Source of the DNA: an uncultured Gemmatimonadales bacterium
Lineage (GTDB): Bacteria > Gemmatimonadota > Gemmatimonadetes > Longimicrobiales > RSA9
DNA length: 64,000 bases
Reading direction: 5' to 3'
Assembly (NCBI GenBank): GCA_963708135.1
Contig: OY970192.1
Location: forward strand, 2,080,001-2,144,000
Shown here: positions 50,163 through 59,808 of the stretch, piece after piece
Position numbering within the stretch: the first letter of the stretch is position 1
How the letters are laid out: each line of letters starts with the position of its first letter
The notes under the pieces: generated by a model
Database searches by the model: none
What the model saw: the letters and a program-made list of their open reading frames with translations, nothing else
What the model was told of the DNA's origin: nothing
Program-made: the position numbers and the translations under genes

Positions 50163-50213
50163 GCGCGCGCCGCGCACCTGCGCGGGAGAATGCCCGGAGC
50201 GAGGCGCTCGCTG

Positions 50214-50229
50214 CGGCAAGATCCATGCG
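50214..50229 (+). promoter_or_regulatory. sigma54 promoter
   Basis: CGGCAAGATCCATGCG; 14-nt core identical to 41671-41684. Confidence 0.65.
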
Positions 50230-50337
50230 CTGAGGCGGCCGCGCCCCCGGCGCTCGGCCGTGCGGGTCTATCCGGAAAGCGACGGGAACCGAGGGGACGA
50301 ACGTGGCGGAACCAGCGTGTCGTGGGGGCGGGGCCGG

Positions 50338-51740
50338 ATGAGCACGCGGTCCACCCAACTGAAGGAGCTCGCGGGTAGCTCCACTCTGCTGGTGCACGGC
50401 TACGCCGGCATGATGTCGGCGCGCGCCGCCTGGGGCGCCGTTCGAGGGCGTCCGCTCGAGGCGACGCACCACCTGCTCCGGGCCCTGCGCGCGGTGGGCA
50501 GCGAGGGTTTCGGCCGCTGGCGCCACGAGCGTCTACGGCGGCTGGTGGCGGGCTTCTGCGCCGAGGCGGATGGTCGGCTCGCGCCGGTGGCCGGGAACCG
50601 GCTCCTTTCGGCGTTTCAGCAGGGCGATCGTGCGCGCGCGATCCGGGCTCGGTTCACGCGGCTCTCGCTCGACCATCGTGTCCGGCTGCGGTTCCCGCGC
50701 GAACCGGAGGACCCCGAGCGGCAGGGAGACCTGATCGTGCTCAAGCCGTTCGATCGAGACACCGGAGAGCGGGGCGTGCTCCTGGTGAACTACACGGAGG
50801 GGATCGACCGCTTCGCGGCCGTCTTCGACGTGTCGGCGCTGGCCGGGCGCTACCAGATCGTGCTGGAGCCCAGCTCGTGGGGTTATGAGGACCTCACGTT
50901 CCTGCGCTACCTCGGACGCGATCTGGACGTGATCGTGCAGGCACCGTGGCGGCGCGACTTCGAGTTCATCCGGGACCTGCGCTCGAATCTGCGGCCGACG
51001 CGGATCGGGGCCGGGGACTGGACGGATCCGGGTGTATTCAGGCCGAAGCAGGGGGGGAGCGACGCTTCGACCTCGCCATGGTATCGAGCTGGAATCCGCT
51101 CAAGCGGCACGCGGAGCTGTTCCGGACGCTGGCGGAGATCAAGCGGCGCCACGGGCGTACCCTGAGCGCCGTGCTCATCGGCTATCCCTCCGGCTGGACG
51201 CGGGACCGGATCGAGCGGCTCGCCCGTGAGCACGGCGTGGCGGAATCCTGCGCGATCTACGAGAGCATCCCACAGAGCCAGGTGGCGGAGCTGGTGGCCG
51301 ACTCACGGGCCTACATCCTGCTCTCGCGGCGCGAGGGCGCCAATCGGGCGCTCTACGAGGCGCTCTTCTGCGACACGCCGGTGATCGTCCCGCGCGATCA
51401 CAGGGGCGTGAACACCGATCAGGTCGTGCCCGAGGTGGGCGTGCTGTTCCGGGACGGCGAGCTTCCCGAAGCCATTCTTTCCGTGGTCGATGGGCCGCGC
51501 GCGTTCCAGCCCAGGCATTGGGCACTACGCAACACCGGGTTCGAGAACGCGGCGCGCGCGCTCAACACCGTGCTCCGGGAGGGCGCCCTCCAGCGCGGAT
51601 GGCCATGGACGAAGGACATCGTGCCGAAGAAGAACGTGCCCAACCTGCGCTACGCCCACCCGGGCAGGTACGCGGCGTTCGAGCCGGAGTACCGGTCTCT
51701 GGGCGGCTTTCTGCTTCCGCCGGAGCCGGCCGAGGCATGA
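50338..51740 (+). CDS. Glycosyltransferase (GT4-like), frameshifted at G7 tract 51051-51057
   Basis: N-half LEPSSWGY..GAGDWTDP joins C-half KRH..SRREGANRALYEA in a different frame. Confidence 0.8.
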
Positions 51741-53245
51741 GCGGCGCGAACGCTCCGTCCAAGCCCGGCGAGATGAGCGAGATCAGGAGACTGGGGAAGC
51801 ATACGGCGATCTACGCCACGGGGACGCTGCTCGCGAAGCTCGCGAGCTTCCTCATGCTGCCGATCTACACGCACTTCCTCACCCCGTCCGACTACGGCGT
51901 CCTCGAGCTTCTGTCGATGACGATCAATGTGGTCGGCATGCTGGCGGGGATCGGGATCGGCGTGAGCGTCTTCCGTTTCCGGGCCGAGTACGCCGAGGAG
52001 CGGGACAAGGCGGCCGTGATGAGCACCGCCGCGATCGCCATGACGGTGACCGCCCTCGCCACCGCAGGGCTCGGGATCTTCTTCTCCCCGGCGCTGAGCC
52101 ACGTGATCCTCAAGGGCGCCGGGCGCGCCATCTACTTCCGCGTGTTCTTCCTGACCTATCTGGCGCAGACGCTGGAAACGATCCCGCTGCTGCAGGTTCG
52201 GGCCGAGGAGCGGTCAACGTTCTTCGTGGGTGTCAGCACGGCGAAGCTCGTCGGCATGCTGACGCTGAACATCTATCTCGTGGCCATCCGGGGAATGGGC
52301 GTGATGGGCGTGCTGGTCAGCAGCCTCGTCGTGACGAGCACCTCGGCGCTGCTGCTGGGGATCGGGATGTTCCGTCGGACGGGCATGCGCTTCGACCTCG
52401 AGAAGCTCGGAAGGATGGTCGGCTACGGCTATCCCATGGTGTTCGTGTTCGTCGGCAACTTCATCCTCGTGTTCTCGGATCGTTACTTCCTGCAACAGTT
52501 CTCGAGCACGGCGCAGGTGGGCCTCTACTCCCTCGCCTACCAGTTCGCGTTCGTGCTCTCCGCGTTCGCGATGACTCCATTCCAGCAGATCTGGGCGCCG
52601 CAGCGCTTCGTGATCGCCACGCGCCCGGACGCCAGGGAGATCTTCGCCCGCGTCTTCACGTACCTCAACCTGGCGCTGGGCGCCATTGCCCTGGGCCTCG
52701 TGCTGTTCGCCGGCGACGTGCTGCGGATCATGTCGGCCCCGGCGTTCTGGCGGGCGGCTCCCATCGTGCCGATGCTCGTGGCGGCGCAGGTGCTGTGGAG
52801 CTGGTGCAACTTCGTGAACATCGGCCTGCTGGTGGAGGAGCGGACGGGAAGCCTCGCCGGGGCGTCCACGGTCGGCGTCGCCGCGACGCTGTTGCTCAAC
52901 TTCCTCCTGATCCCGCGTTACGGCATGTGGGGTGCCGCGGGCGCCACGTTCCTGGCGTACGGCGTGCGTTTCTCCGCCATCTACATGGTCGGACAGCGCA
53001 GGTACCCGATCCCGTTCGAGTGGGGCCGCCTGGGGCGGCTGTACTCGATCGTCGCGGCGGCGGCAGCCGTGCGGCTGATCGCGGGACAGATGCCACTGGC
53101 CGGCTCCGTCGGGCTGAGCGCGGCACTGGCCCTCGTCGCGGCGGGAACCGCGTACGCCTTCGTGTTGAAGCGGCCGGAGCGCGAGAGGCTCCGGGAGCTC
53201 ATTCGAAGCAGGACCCTGCTGGCGGCGGCCGCGTTGCGCGGATGA
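51737..53245 (+). CDS. wzx: Polysaccharide flippase
   Basis: LPIYTHFLTPSDYG, SDRYFL, VGLYSLAY, LIPRYGMWGAA; about 12-14 TMs. Confidence 0.9.
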   Translation: MSGANAPSKPGEMSEIRRLGKHTAIYATGTLLAKLASFLMLPIYTHFLTPSDYGVLELLSMTINVVGMLAGIGIGVSVFRFRAEYAEERDKAAVMSTAAIAMTVTALATAGLGIFFSPALSHVILKGAGRAIYFRVFFLTYLAQTLETIPLLQVRAEERSTFFVGVSTAKLVGMLTLNIYLVAIRGMGVMGVLVSSLVVTSTSALLLGIGMFRRTGMRFDLEKLGRMVGYGYPMVFVFVGNFILVFSDRYFLQQFSSTAQVGLYSLAYQFAFVLSAFAMTPFQQIWAPQRFVIATRPDAREIFARVFTYLNLALGAIALGLVLFAGDVLRIMSAPAFWRAAPIVPMLVAAQVLWSWCNFVNIGLLVEERTGSLAGASTVGVAATLLLNFLLIPRYGMWGAAGATFLAYGVRFSAIYMVGQRRYPIPFEWGRLGRLYSIVAAAAAVRLIAGQMPLAGSVGLSAALALVAAGTAYAFVLKRPERERLRELIRSRTLLAAAALRG

Positions 53246-53261
53246 CCGGAGCTCTCCTCCC

Positions 53262-54182
53262 ATGACGACGACCCGGCTGCGGGTGAAGGGCGGGATCGAG
53301 CGGCTGCTCTGCCGCAGCGGGGTGGCCCGGCTTGCCCGCGCGGCGCGACGCGAGCGCTCGTTGATCCTGGCGTACCACAACATCGTGCCGGACGGCCAGC
53401 CGGCGGGCGGGGAGATGAGCCTCCACCTCCCGCAACGCAGCTTTGCCGATCAACTCGATCTGCTTCTGGAAACGCATGACATCGTGCCGCTCGAGGCCTT
53501 GTTCTCTCCACAACGCGACTCGAGGCCGCGCGCCGTGATCACGTTCGACGATGCCTACGCGGGCGCCGTGACCGCGGGGGCGGACGAGCTTCTCCGGCGG
53601 GGGCTGCCCGCGACGTTCTTCGTCGCGCCGGCCTTCGTGGGCGGCGCCACCTTCTGGTGGGACGTGCTGGCCGGTGCGCATGGACGCGGCCTGGCACCGG
53701 CCATCCGGGCGGTGGGGCTCGACGCGCTCGAGGGCGACGACCCGGCCATCCGCGCATGGGCGGCGCGCGGCGGGCTCGAACCCTCCATCCTTCCGGCCCA
53801 CCAGCGGTGCGCCACGGAGGCGGAGCTCTCGCGCGTTGCCCGCGAGCCCGGAATCGTGCTCGCCTCACACACCTGGAGCCACCGGAACCTCCCGCGGCTG
53901 GAGGCGGGCGAGCTCCTGACCGAGCTCACGCGGCCGCTCGAATGGCTCCGCGAGCGCTTCGAGAACGTGCTTCCGTGGCTGGCCTATCCCTACGGGAGGA
54001 GCTCGCCGCCGGTCGAGGCGGCGGCGGAGCGTGCCGGCTATGCCGGCGCGGTGCTCGTGGAGGGCGGCTACCTGCACACCTCCGCTCTTGCGGCCTGCTT
54101 CAGCATCCCGCGGATCAACGTCCCGGCAGGAATCTCGATCGCCGGGTTCGAGCTGAGAGCGGCGGGCGTTCTCGGGGACTGA
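53262..54182 (+). CDS. Polysaccharide deacetylase (CE4)
   Basis: LAYH, ITFDDAY, SHTWSH, AYPYG. Confidence 0.9.
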   Translation: MTTTRLRVKGGIERLLCRSGVARLARAARRERSLILAYHNIVPDGQPAGGEMSLHLPQRSFADQLDLLLETHDIVPLEALFSPQRDSRPRAVITFDDAYAGAVTAGADELLRRGLPATFFVAPAFVGGATFWWDVLAGAHGRGLAPAIRAVGLDALEGDDPAIRAWAARGGLEPSILPAHQRCATEAELSRVAREPGIVLASHTWSHRNLPRLEAGELLTELTRPLEWLRERFENVLPWLAYPYGRSSPPVEAAAERAGYAGAVLVEGGYLHTSALAACFSIPRINVPAGISIAGFELRAAGVLGD

Positions 54183-54197
54183 CCGGAAAGGGTCTTC

Positions 54198-54806
54198 ATG
54201 GGAACCATACCCGCACGTTTGCTGGATCGCTACGCTCGCTACAAGCTCAAGTACGCGTCGGATCTCGTGTTCGTGCACATCAACAAGACGGGCGGCAGCA
54301 GCATCGAGCGGGCGCTGGGGCTGCCGTTCCAGCACAAGACCGCGCTCGAGCTCAGGCGCGAGCTGGGTGAGCGCCGTTGGGCAAGCCGCTTCACGTTCAC
54401 CTTCGTTCGCAACCCCTGGGACAAGGTCGCGTCCCACTACCACTTCCGGGTGAAGACCAATCAGACCGGCCTTGCCGAGCGTCCCCTCCCCTTCACGGCA
54501 TGGGTCCGGCTCGCCTACGGGGAGCAGGATCCGAGATACCACGACCAGCCGAAGATGTTCATGCCCCAGGTGTGCTGGATCAGCGACGAGTCCGGGCTGG
54601 TCATCGTGGACTTCGTCGGACGCTTCGAGCGCCTCTCGGACGACTTCGACGCCATCTGCCGGCGCCTCGGGCGCACCTCGACTCTGCCCCACCTGAAACG
54701 CTCGACGAACGACGATTACCGGCGCGAGTACTCGGCGGAAGCGGCCGAGATCGTCGCCGTGCGCTTCGCGGAGGACATCCGGCTGTTCGGCTACACGTTC
54801 GACTGA
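54198..54806 (+). CDS. Sulfotransferase family 2 (carbohydrate sulfotransferase-like)
   Basis: FVHINKTGGSS, FVRNPWDKVAS, GRFERL, FGYTF. Confidence 0.9.
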   Translation: MGTIPARLLDRYARYKLKYASDLVFVHINKTGGSSIERALGLPFQHKTALELRRELGERRWASRFTFTFVRNPWDKVASHYHFRVKTNQTGLAERPLPFTAWVRLAYGEQDPRYHDQPKMFMPQVCWISDESGLVIVDFVGRFERLSDDFDAICRRLGRTSTLPHLKRSTNDDYRREYSAEAAEIVAVRFAEDIRLFGYTFD

Positions 54807-54955
54807 GACCACCCTCCGGGCATCCGCCACCCGGAAATTTTGTTCGAGCCCGCCACAAGATTTCACCTCCCGCACCTGGCAAGACCCCCGGGATCCCATC
54901 CAGAGTTCCTTTCGCCACACGAGCTTAGGGACAGCCCGCCGTCTCTCCAACCAGC

Positions 54956-54971
54956 TGGCGCGTGCATTGCG
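54956..54971 (+). promoter_or_regulatory. sigma54 promoter upstream of riboswitch
   Basis: TGGCGCGTGCATTGCG. Confidence 0.7.
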
Positions 54972-55012
54972 CCCGGTCGCGCTCGCCACTCCGGTCGGGT
55001 GGCCCACAGGAA

Positions 55013-55102
55013 TGCTGCTCAGAGCAAAGCGGTCGAAAGGCCGCGGCGCAGAGCCATGGGGCTAACGCGGGTCCACCCGCCATGCTCGCCAGGCCGCCAG
55101 CA
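55013..55102 (+). ncRNA. GEMM-I (c-di-GMP-I family) riboswitch, A20 variant
   Basis: P1 TGCTG/CAGCA; GCAAA-GCGGTC-GAAA-GGCCGC-GGCGCA; GGGCTAA..ATGC tetraloop receptor; same register as the V. cholerae Vc2 aptamer. Confidence 0.9.
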
Positions 55103-55236
55103 ACTGGTTCCGCGTAGAGCGGAAGCTGTTCGCCGGCGGCCTTCTTCGTCGCCGCCCCGCATGGGGGCAGACTTCGCAGGAAATGTATCAGCCGGGTCGT
55201 TGATGAAGACGGCCGCAACTGCAGGAGGCACTGACG

Positions 55237-57630
55237 ATGGTGCGCAAGTCCAGGAAGCCGACAGGCGTTCCGGCGGCCGTGTTCGGGCTGCTCGCCACGA
55301 CGGTTCTCGTCGTGGCATCGTGTACGGGAGACAACATGTTCACGCCGGACGTGGAGCGCGCTCCCGTCTCGATCCAGCTGACCCCGTCGCAGATCACCTT
55401 CACGAGCCTTGGCGACACGGCATCGATCCGGAACGTACCCGGTGGCGCGATCACCTGGAGCGTGGCGGATCCGGGTGTGGCCACCGTCAGCAGCTCAGGA
55501 AAGGTAAGAGCCGTCTCGAGCGGCTCGACCTACGTGAGGGGGCACAACGGCAACTCGACGGACAGCGTGAAGGTGCACGTGACGCAGCAGCCCGCCACGA
55601 TCACGGTCTCGCCTGGATCCCAGACGCTGAACGGCCTCGGCGCCCAGGCACGGCTTAGCGCCGTCGTGCTGGACGAAGGCGGAAGCGTGGTAAAGAACGC
55701 CTCGGTCAGCTGGCGCGCCGACAACGCGGCGGTGATCGGTGTGAACAACAGCGGGCACGTCACGGCCGTGGGACAGGGCTCCACCTACGCGGTGGCGGTT
55801 TCTGGAGCAACCTCGGATTCGGCCGCCATCACCGTCGTGCAGGACGTCACGACCATCTCCATCCAGTCGGCCGGGGTCTCCCTCGCCGTCGGCGATTCCG
55901 TCACCCTGTCGGTGACCGTGCTCGACGCCAGCGGTGCGGTCGTGGACTCGGCGCCACTCGCCTGGAGCTCATCGAACCCCGGGGTCGCCACGGTCACCAA
56001 CGGCACGGTCAAGGGCGTTGCGGCCGGCACGGCTCAGGTCACCGCCACGAGCGGCACGGCGTCGAGCTCGGTGACCGTGACGGTCACCGCCCTGAGCACA
56101 GCGCCGGCGCCCGTGGCCTCCGTTACCGTGTCGCCCTCGTCCTCGAGCATTCAGCAGGGCGCCACGGTCCAGCTGGCGGCGACGACAAAGGACGCAAGCG
56201 GGACCGTGGTCACGGGGCGCACCATCACCTGGTCGAGCTCGGACGCCGGCATCGCGACGGTCTCCAGCACCGGGTTCGTGACTGCCGTGGCCGCCGGCTC
56301 GGCGATCATCACCGCGACCAGTGAGGGCGTGAACGGCGCGGCTGCCGTGGGGGTCACCGTGCCCGCCCAGGCGCCGGCGGCGTCGATCACCATTGCCCCG
56401 GCGGACGCGACGGCTCAGGTTGGTGGCACAGTCCAACTCACGGCCACCCTGAAGGATGCGAACGGCAACGTGCTGACCGGACGGACCATTACCTGGGCAT
56501 CGCTGGCGCCCGCGATCGCGACCGTTTCGGCCGCCGGGTTGATCACCGGCGTTTCCGCCGGCACCGCGGCGATCACCGCCTCCGCCGACGCTCAGACCGC
56601 GACGGCGCAGGTGACGATTTCGGCGCCGCCCACGTCGAGCGTGTCCGGCGGGTCGATGCACGAGCCGGCGGACATGACCACGTTTGTCGCGATGGATGGC
56701 AGCGTACGCACCCCTGCCGGCTGGACCGCGACGGACGCGTGGACAGGAGCGAACGGATGGCGTGATGCCACGACAGCCGTCGTGCCCGACGGCAGCAATC
56801 CCACCGGGAGCGGATACGCCATCGAGAAGCGCTGGTACGGCCCCGAATCGGTCACGGCCGGGAGCGGCGCCACTGCGAGCTCCGTCCCCTGCACCCTCAA
56901 ATACGGCAGCTCGAGGCCGGAGGCATACAAGGGCCGCATGCTCGTGGCCGGCGGCGACACAGTTCAGATCACCGACTACACCTCGGGCGCCCTGACCCTC
57001 GCCTCGCCCCTTTCGAGCGTCCCGGCTGCGGGAGGCGCGATCACCGTGCTGGGCTCCGGTACGGACGCGGCAAGCCACACCGGCGTTCTCGGCGTCTGGC
57101 ACTGGTTGACGCTGGACCCCGCGTTCACACCCGCAAAGACGCTCTACATTCGGATGCGTGTATGGTTCAGCTCCAACTGGCCCGATACGGACCCCAACCT
57201 AGCCGGGATGAAGTTCTTCTACTTGCGCACGAGCGAGACGACGCACAACGTCCTGTTCACGTCGAACGGCGGTTCTCGCTTCTGGCAGACCTACTGGGCC
57301 ACCTTGACCAGCAACGGCGCCGCCGGCCATATCAACTACGACACCTGGTCGCCCACGGCGAACCTGGCGCCGAAGGGGAACTGGCATACGGTCGAGTTCC
57401 TCTTCGTGACCAATTCTGCGGTGGGTGTCGCAGACGGAAGCGTGACGCTCTGGGTGGACGGCGCACTGGCGACGCAGACGACCGGCGTCGAGTTCATTGC
57501 CGCCGACGACTCCGACAAGACCAACGACTTCGACGGTCTCGAGTTCTACAACCTTCGGGGTGGGGCACACCACTATTTCGATCGCGATGACACCTTCCGG
57601 CTGGGAGAGTTATACGTCAGCGGGAAGTAG
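55237..57630 (+). CDS. Surface lipoprotein with five Big_2 repeats and a C-terminal ConA/LamG- or lyase-like domain
   Basis: Lipobox VVASC; five ITWSS..VATV..G.V..V..G repeats; C-terminal WHTVEF..DGSVTLWVDG. Confidence 0.85.
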   Translation: MVRKSRKPTGVPAAVFGLLATTVLVVASCTGDNMFTPDVERAPVSIQLTPSQITFTSLGDTASIRNVPGGAITWSVADPGVATVSSSGKVRAVSSGSTYVRGHNGNSTDSVKVHVTQQPATITVSPGSQTLNGLGAQARLSAVVLDEGGSVVKNASVSWRADNAAVIGVNNSGHVTAVGQGSTYAVAVSGATSDSAAITVVQDVTTISIQSAGVSLAVGDSVTLSVTVLDASGAVVDSAPLAWSSSNPGVATVTNGTVKGVAAGTAQVTATSGTASSSVTVTVTALSTAPAPVASVTVSPSSSSIQQGATVQLAATTKDASGTVVTGRTITWSSSDAGIATVSSTGFVTAVAAGSAIITATSEGVNGAAAVGVTVPAQAPAASITIAPADATAQVGGTVQLTATLKDANGNVLTGRTITWASLAPAIATVSAAGLITGVSAGTAAITASADAQTATAQVTISAPPTSSVSGGSMHEPADMTTFVAMDGSVRTPAGWTATDAWTGANGWRDATTAVVPDGSNPTGSGYAIEKRWYGPESVTAGSGATASSVPCTLKYGSSRPEAYKGRMLVAGGDTVQITDYTSGALTLASPLSSVPAAGGAITVLGSGTDAASHTGVLGVWHWLTLDPAFTPAKTLYIRMRVWFSSNWPDTDPNLAGMKFFYLRTSETTHNVLFTSNGGSRFWQTYWATLTSNGAAGHINYDTWSPTANLAPKGNWHTVEFLFVTNSAVGVADGSVTLWVDGALATQTTGVEFIAADDSDKTNDFDGLEFYNLRGGAHHYFDRDDTFRLGELYVSGK

Positions 57631-57651
57631 AGAGAGTGTCCGGAGCAGCCC

Positions 57652-57689
57652 TCGGGCGGGCTCGATCCCAGCTGATCGAGCCCGCCCGA
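57652..57689. terminator. Perfect 16-bp stem-loop between convergent genes
   Basis: TCGGGCGGGCTCGATC-CCAGCT-GATCGAGCCCGCCCGA; no downstream U tract on either strand. Confidence 0.6.
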
Positions 57690-57748
57690 AAACGTTGTCC
57701 AGACCCTCGAGTGCTGCGCGTAGGGAGATTGCATACTTCCTCGAGCTC

Positions 57749-59698
57749 TCAAGGGCACCAATGATCGTGCCACGCATAGAGCATGAGGATTGCCCAGAGG
57801 GCCAAAGCGAGGTCATGGTACCCGCGGTTGAAGGCGCGCCACATCCGGGCCACCTCGTCCCTCAGGATGATGTCCTCCAAGTCCGGTCGGCGGGAGAGAA
57901 GCATTTCCTCCGCCCAGGGGGCCAGTTGCCCGCGAAGCCACGCTTCGATGGGCACCGTGAAACCCACCTTGGGACGGTCAACCAATTCCGGTGGAACGTA
58001 CCGGTGCAGCAACCGCCGCAGAATCCACTTGCCCTCGCGGCCGCGTATCTTCATGGTGCCGGGTAGCCGCCACGAGAACTCCACGACCCGATGATCCAGC
58101 AAGGGAACGCGCAACTCGAGGCTCACGGCCATGCTCGCCCGGTCCACCTTGGCGAGCAGGTCATCCGGGAGATAGGTGCGCTGGTCCGTAAGCATGGCAC
58201 GGGTAAGAAAGGACGTGCCCGGCGCGCGCAGCGGTATGAGGCCACTCCCTTCCCCGCCATGCGCACCACACAGATAGACGTGCGGATTCGCGGAGACCGA
58301 CATCAAGGAGCGGTACACCTCCTCCGGGGAAGAGGCGCGAGCGAGTCGAGCCAGCTTCGTGATCTTTCGGCCGGGCAGGCGGTGCTGAAGGGTGTGCGGG
58401 ATGAAGCTTCGCGCGAGATCGTAGCCGCCTTCCCAGAAGGCCTCGGGGACGGCCAGAACGGCGGCCGCGGCCGTGCGACGGATGAGGCGAGGCACCCGAT
58501 CCAGACGCTGCATCCACCGTTCCGTCTCGATGTACCGGTTGTAGCCGCCGAACAACTCATCCCCGCCGTCTCCGGATAATGCTACAGTCACGCTCTGCCT
58601 GGCGAGACGGCATACGAGAAGCGTAGGAATCTGGGAGGGATCCGCGAACGGCTCATCGAAGATCAGCGGCAGCTCGGGTACGGTCCGCAGGGCATCATTG
58701 GCCGTAAGCACCAGCTCGGTGTGGTCCGTGCCGAGATGCGCTGCGATGCGCGCTGCGTGTGGCGCCTCGTTGTGCTTTTCCTCTTCAAAGCCGATGGAGA
58801 ACGTGCGAATGGAGCTCGAAGAAGAGCCCTGCATCAGGGCCGCGATCGTCGAGGAATCCACGCCTCCGGAAAGTAGCGCGCCCAGCGGCACATCCGCTTC
58901 CATCTCCAGTCGGACCGCGCGGTGGAGGATGGCCTCCAGCTCGTCCACAGCCTCTTCATCCGAGCCTGTGAATGGGTTCTCGACGCGCAGCCGCGCCACC
59001 TCATCCAGGTCCCAATACGGCAGCGCGGCTGGCAATGGTGCGTCTGGCCTATCCAGAGTCAGCAGATGTCCAGCGGGGAGTTTGTAAACTCCCTTGAATA
59101 TGGACCTGGGGGTTGGGACGTATAGGTATCGAAGATATGAAGCGATAGCCGATCCGTCCAGCGACCGGTCGAAACCCGGGAGGGCCATCAACGCCTTGAG
59201 CTCCGACCCGAACGTCAGCGTTCCCTTCGAACTGCAGTAGTAGAGCGGTTTCTCTCCCAGCCGGTCACGGACCAGCGTCAGTCGGCGCGCCTGTCGGTCC
59301 CAGATCGCCAGGGCAAACATCCCGACGAGTCTCGCGATGCTGCCCCGGATCCCCCAGTGATCGATCGTCGCAGCCAGGACTTCGGAATCCGAATGCCCGC
59401 GGAACGCGGTTCCAGACTGCTCGAGTTGTAATCGAAGGGCGCGGTGGTTGTACACCTCTCCATTGAAGGCGAGGACATACCTGCCGGAAGGCGAGTGCAT
59501 GGGCTGATGGCCCAGCGCGGAAAGATCGAGGATGGAGAGACGCCGGAACCCCAACCCGATTCCGTACGCCGCATCGGTCCACACGCCGTGATCGTCGGGT
59601 CCGCGATGGCGCAGGGTATCGGCCATCGTCCGGCAAGTCGAGACGAGCGAGTCCTCAGGTGCTCCAGCAGTCGTGAAAACACCGACGATGCCACACAT
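57749..59698 (-). CDS. asnB: Asparagine synthase (glutamine-hydrolysing)-like amidotransferase
   Basis: MCGIVG, HRGPD, FNGEVYN, RDRLGEKPLY, LSGGVDSS, LSGDGGDELFGGY. Confidence 0.95.
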   Translation of the reverse strand: MCGIVGVFTTAGAPEDSLVSTCRTMADTLRHRGPDDHGVWTDAAYGIGLGFRRLSILDLSALGHQPMHSPSGRYVLAFNGEVYNHRALRLQLEQSGTAFRGHSDSEVLAATIDHWGIRGSIARLVGMFALAIWDRQARRLTLVRDRLGEKPLYYCSSKGTLTFGSELKALMALPGFDRSLDGSAIASYLRYLYVPTPRSIFKGVYKLPAGHLLTLDRPDAPLPAALPYWDLDEVARLRVENPFTGSDEEAVDELEAILHRAVRLEMEADVPLGALLSGGVDSSTIAALMQGSSSSSIRTFSIGFEEEKHNEAPHAARIAAHLGTDHTELVLTANDALRTVPELPLIFDEPFADPSQIPTLLVCRLARQSVTVALSGDGGDELFGGYNRYIETERWMQRLDRVPRLIRRTAAAAVLAVPEAFWEGGYDLARSFIPHTLQHRLPGRKITKLARLARASSPEEVYRSLMSVSANPHVYLCGAHGGEGSGLIPLRAPGTSFLTRAMLTDQRTYLPDDLLAKVDRASMAVSLELRVPLLDHRVVEFSWRLPGTMKIRGREGKWILRRLLHRYVPPELVDRPKVGFTVPIEAWLRGQLAPWAEEMLLSRRPDLEDIILRDEVARMWRAFNRGYHDLALALWAILMLYAWHDHWCP

Positions 59699-59808
59699 CT
59701 GCTCACGGCTCCACAATGACCGAATTGGGTAGCAGAATCGACGCAAGCCGATCGGGTTCGAACGTCACCCGCGAGGGAGACGAATCTAACCTCGAGAAGC
59801 GTCCGACA

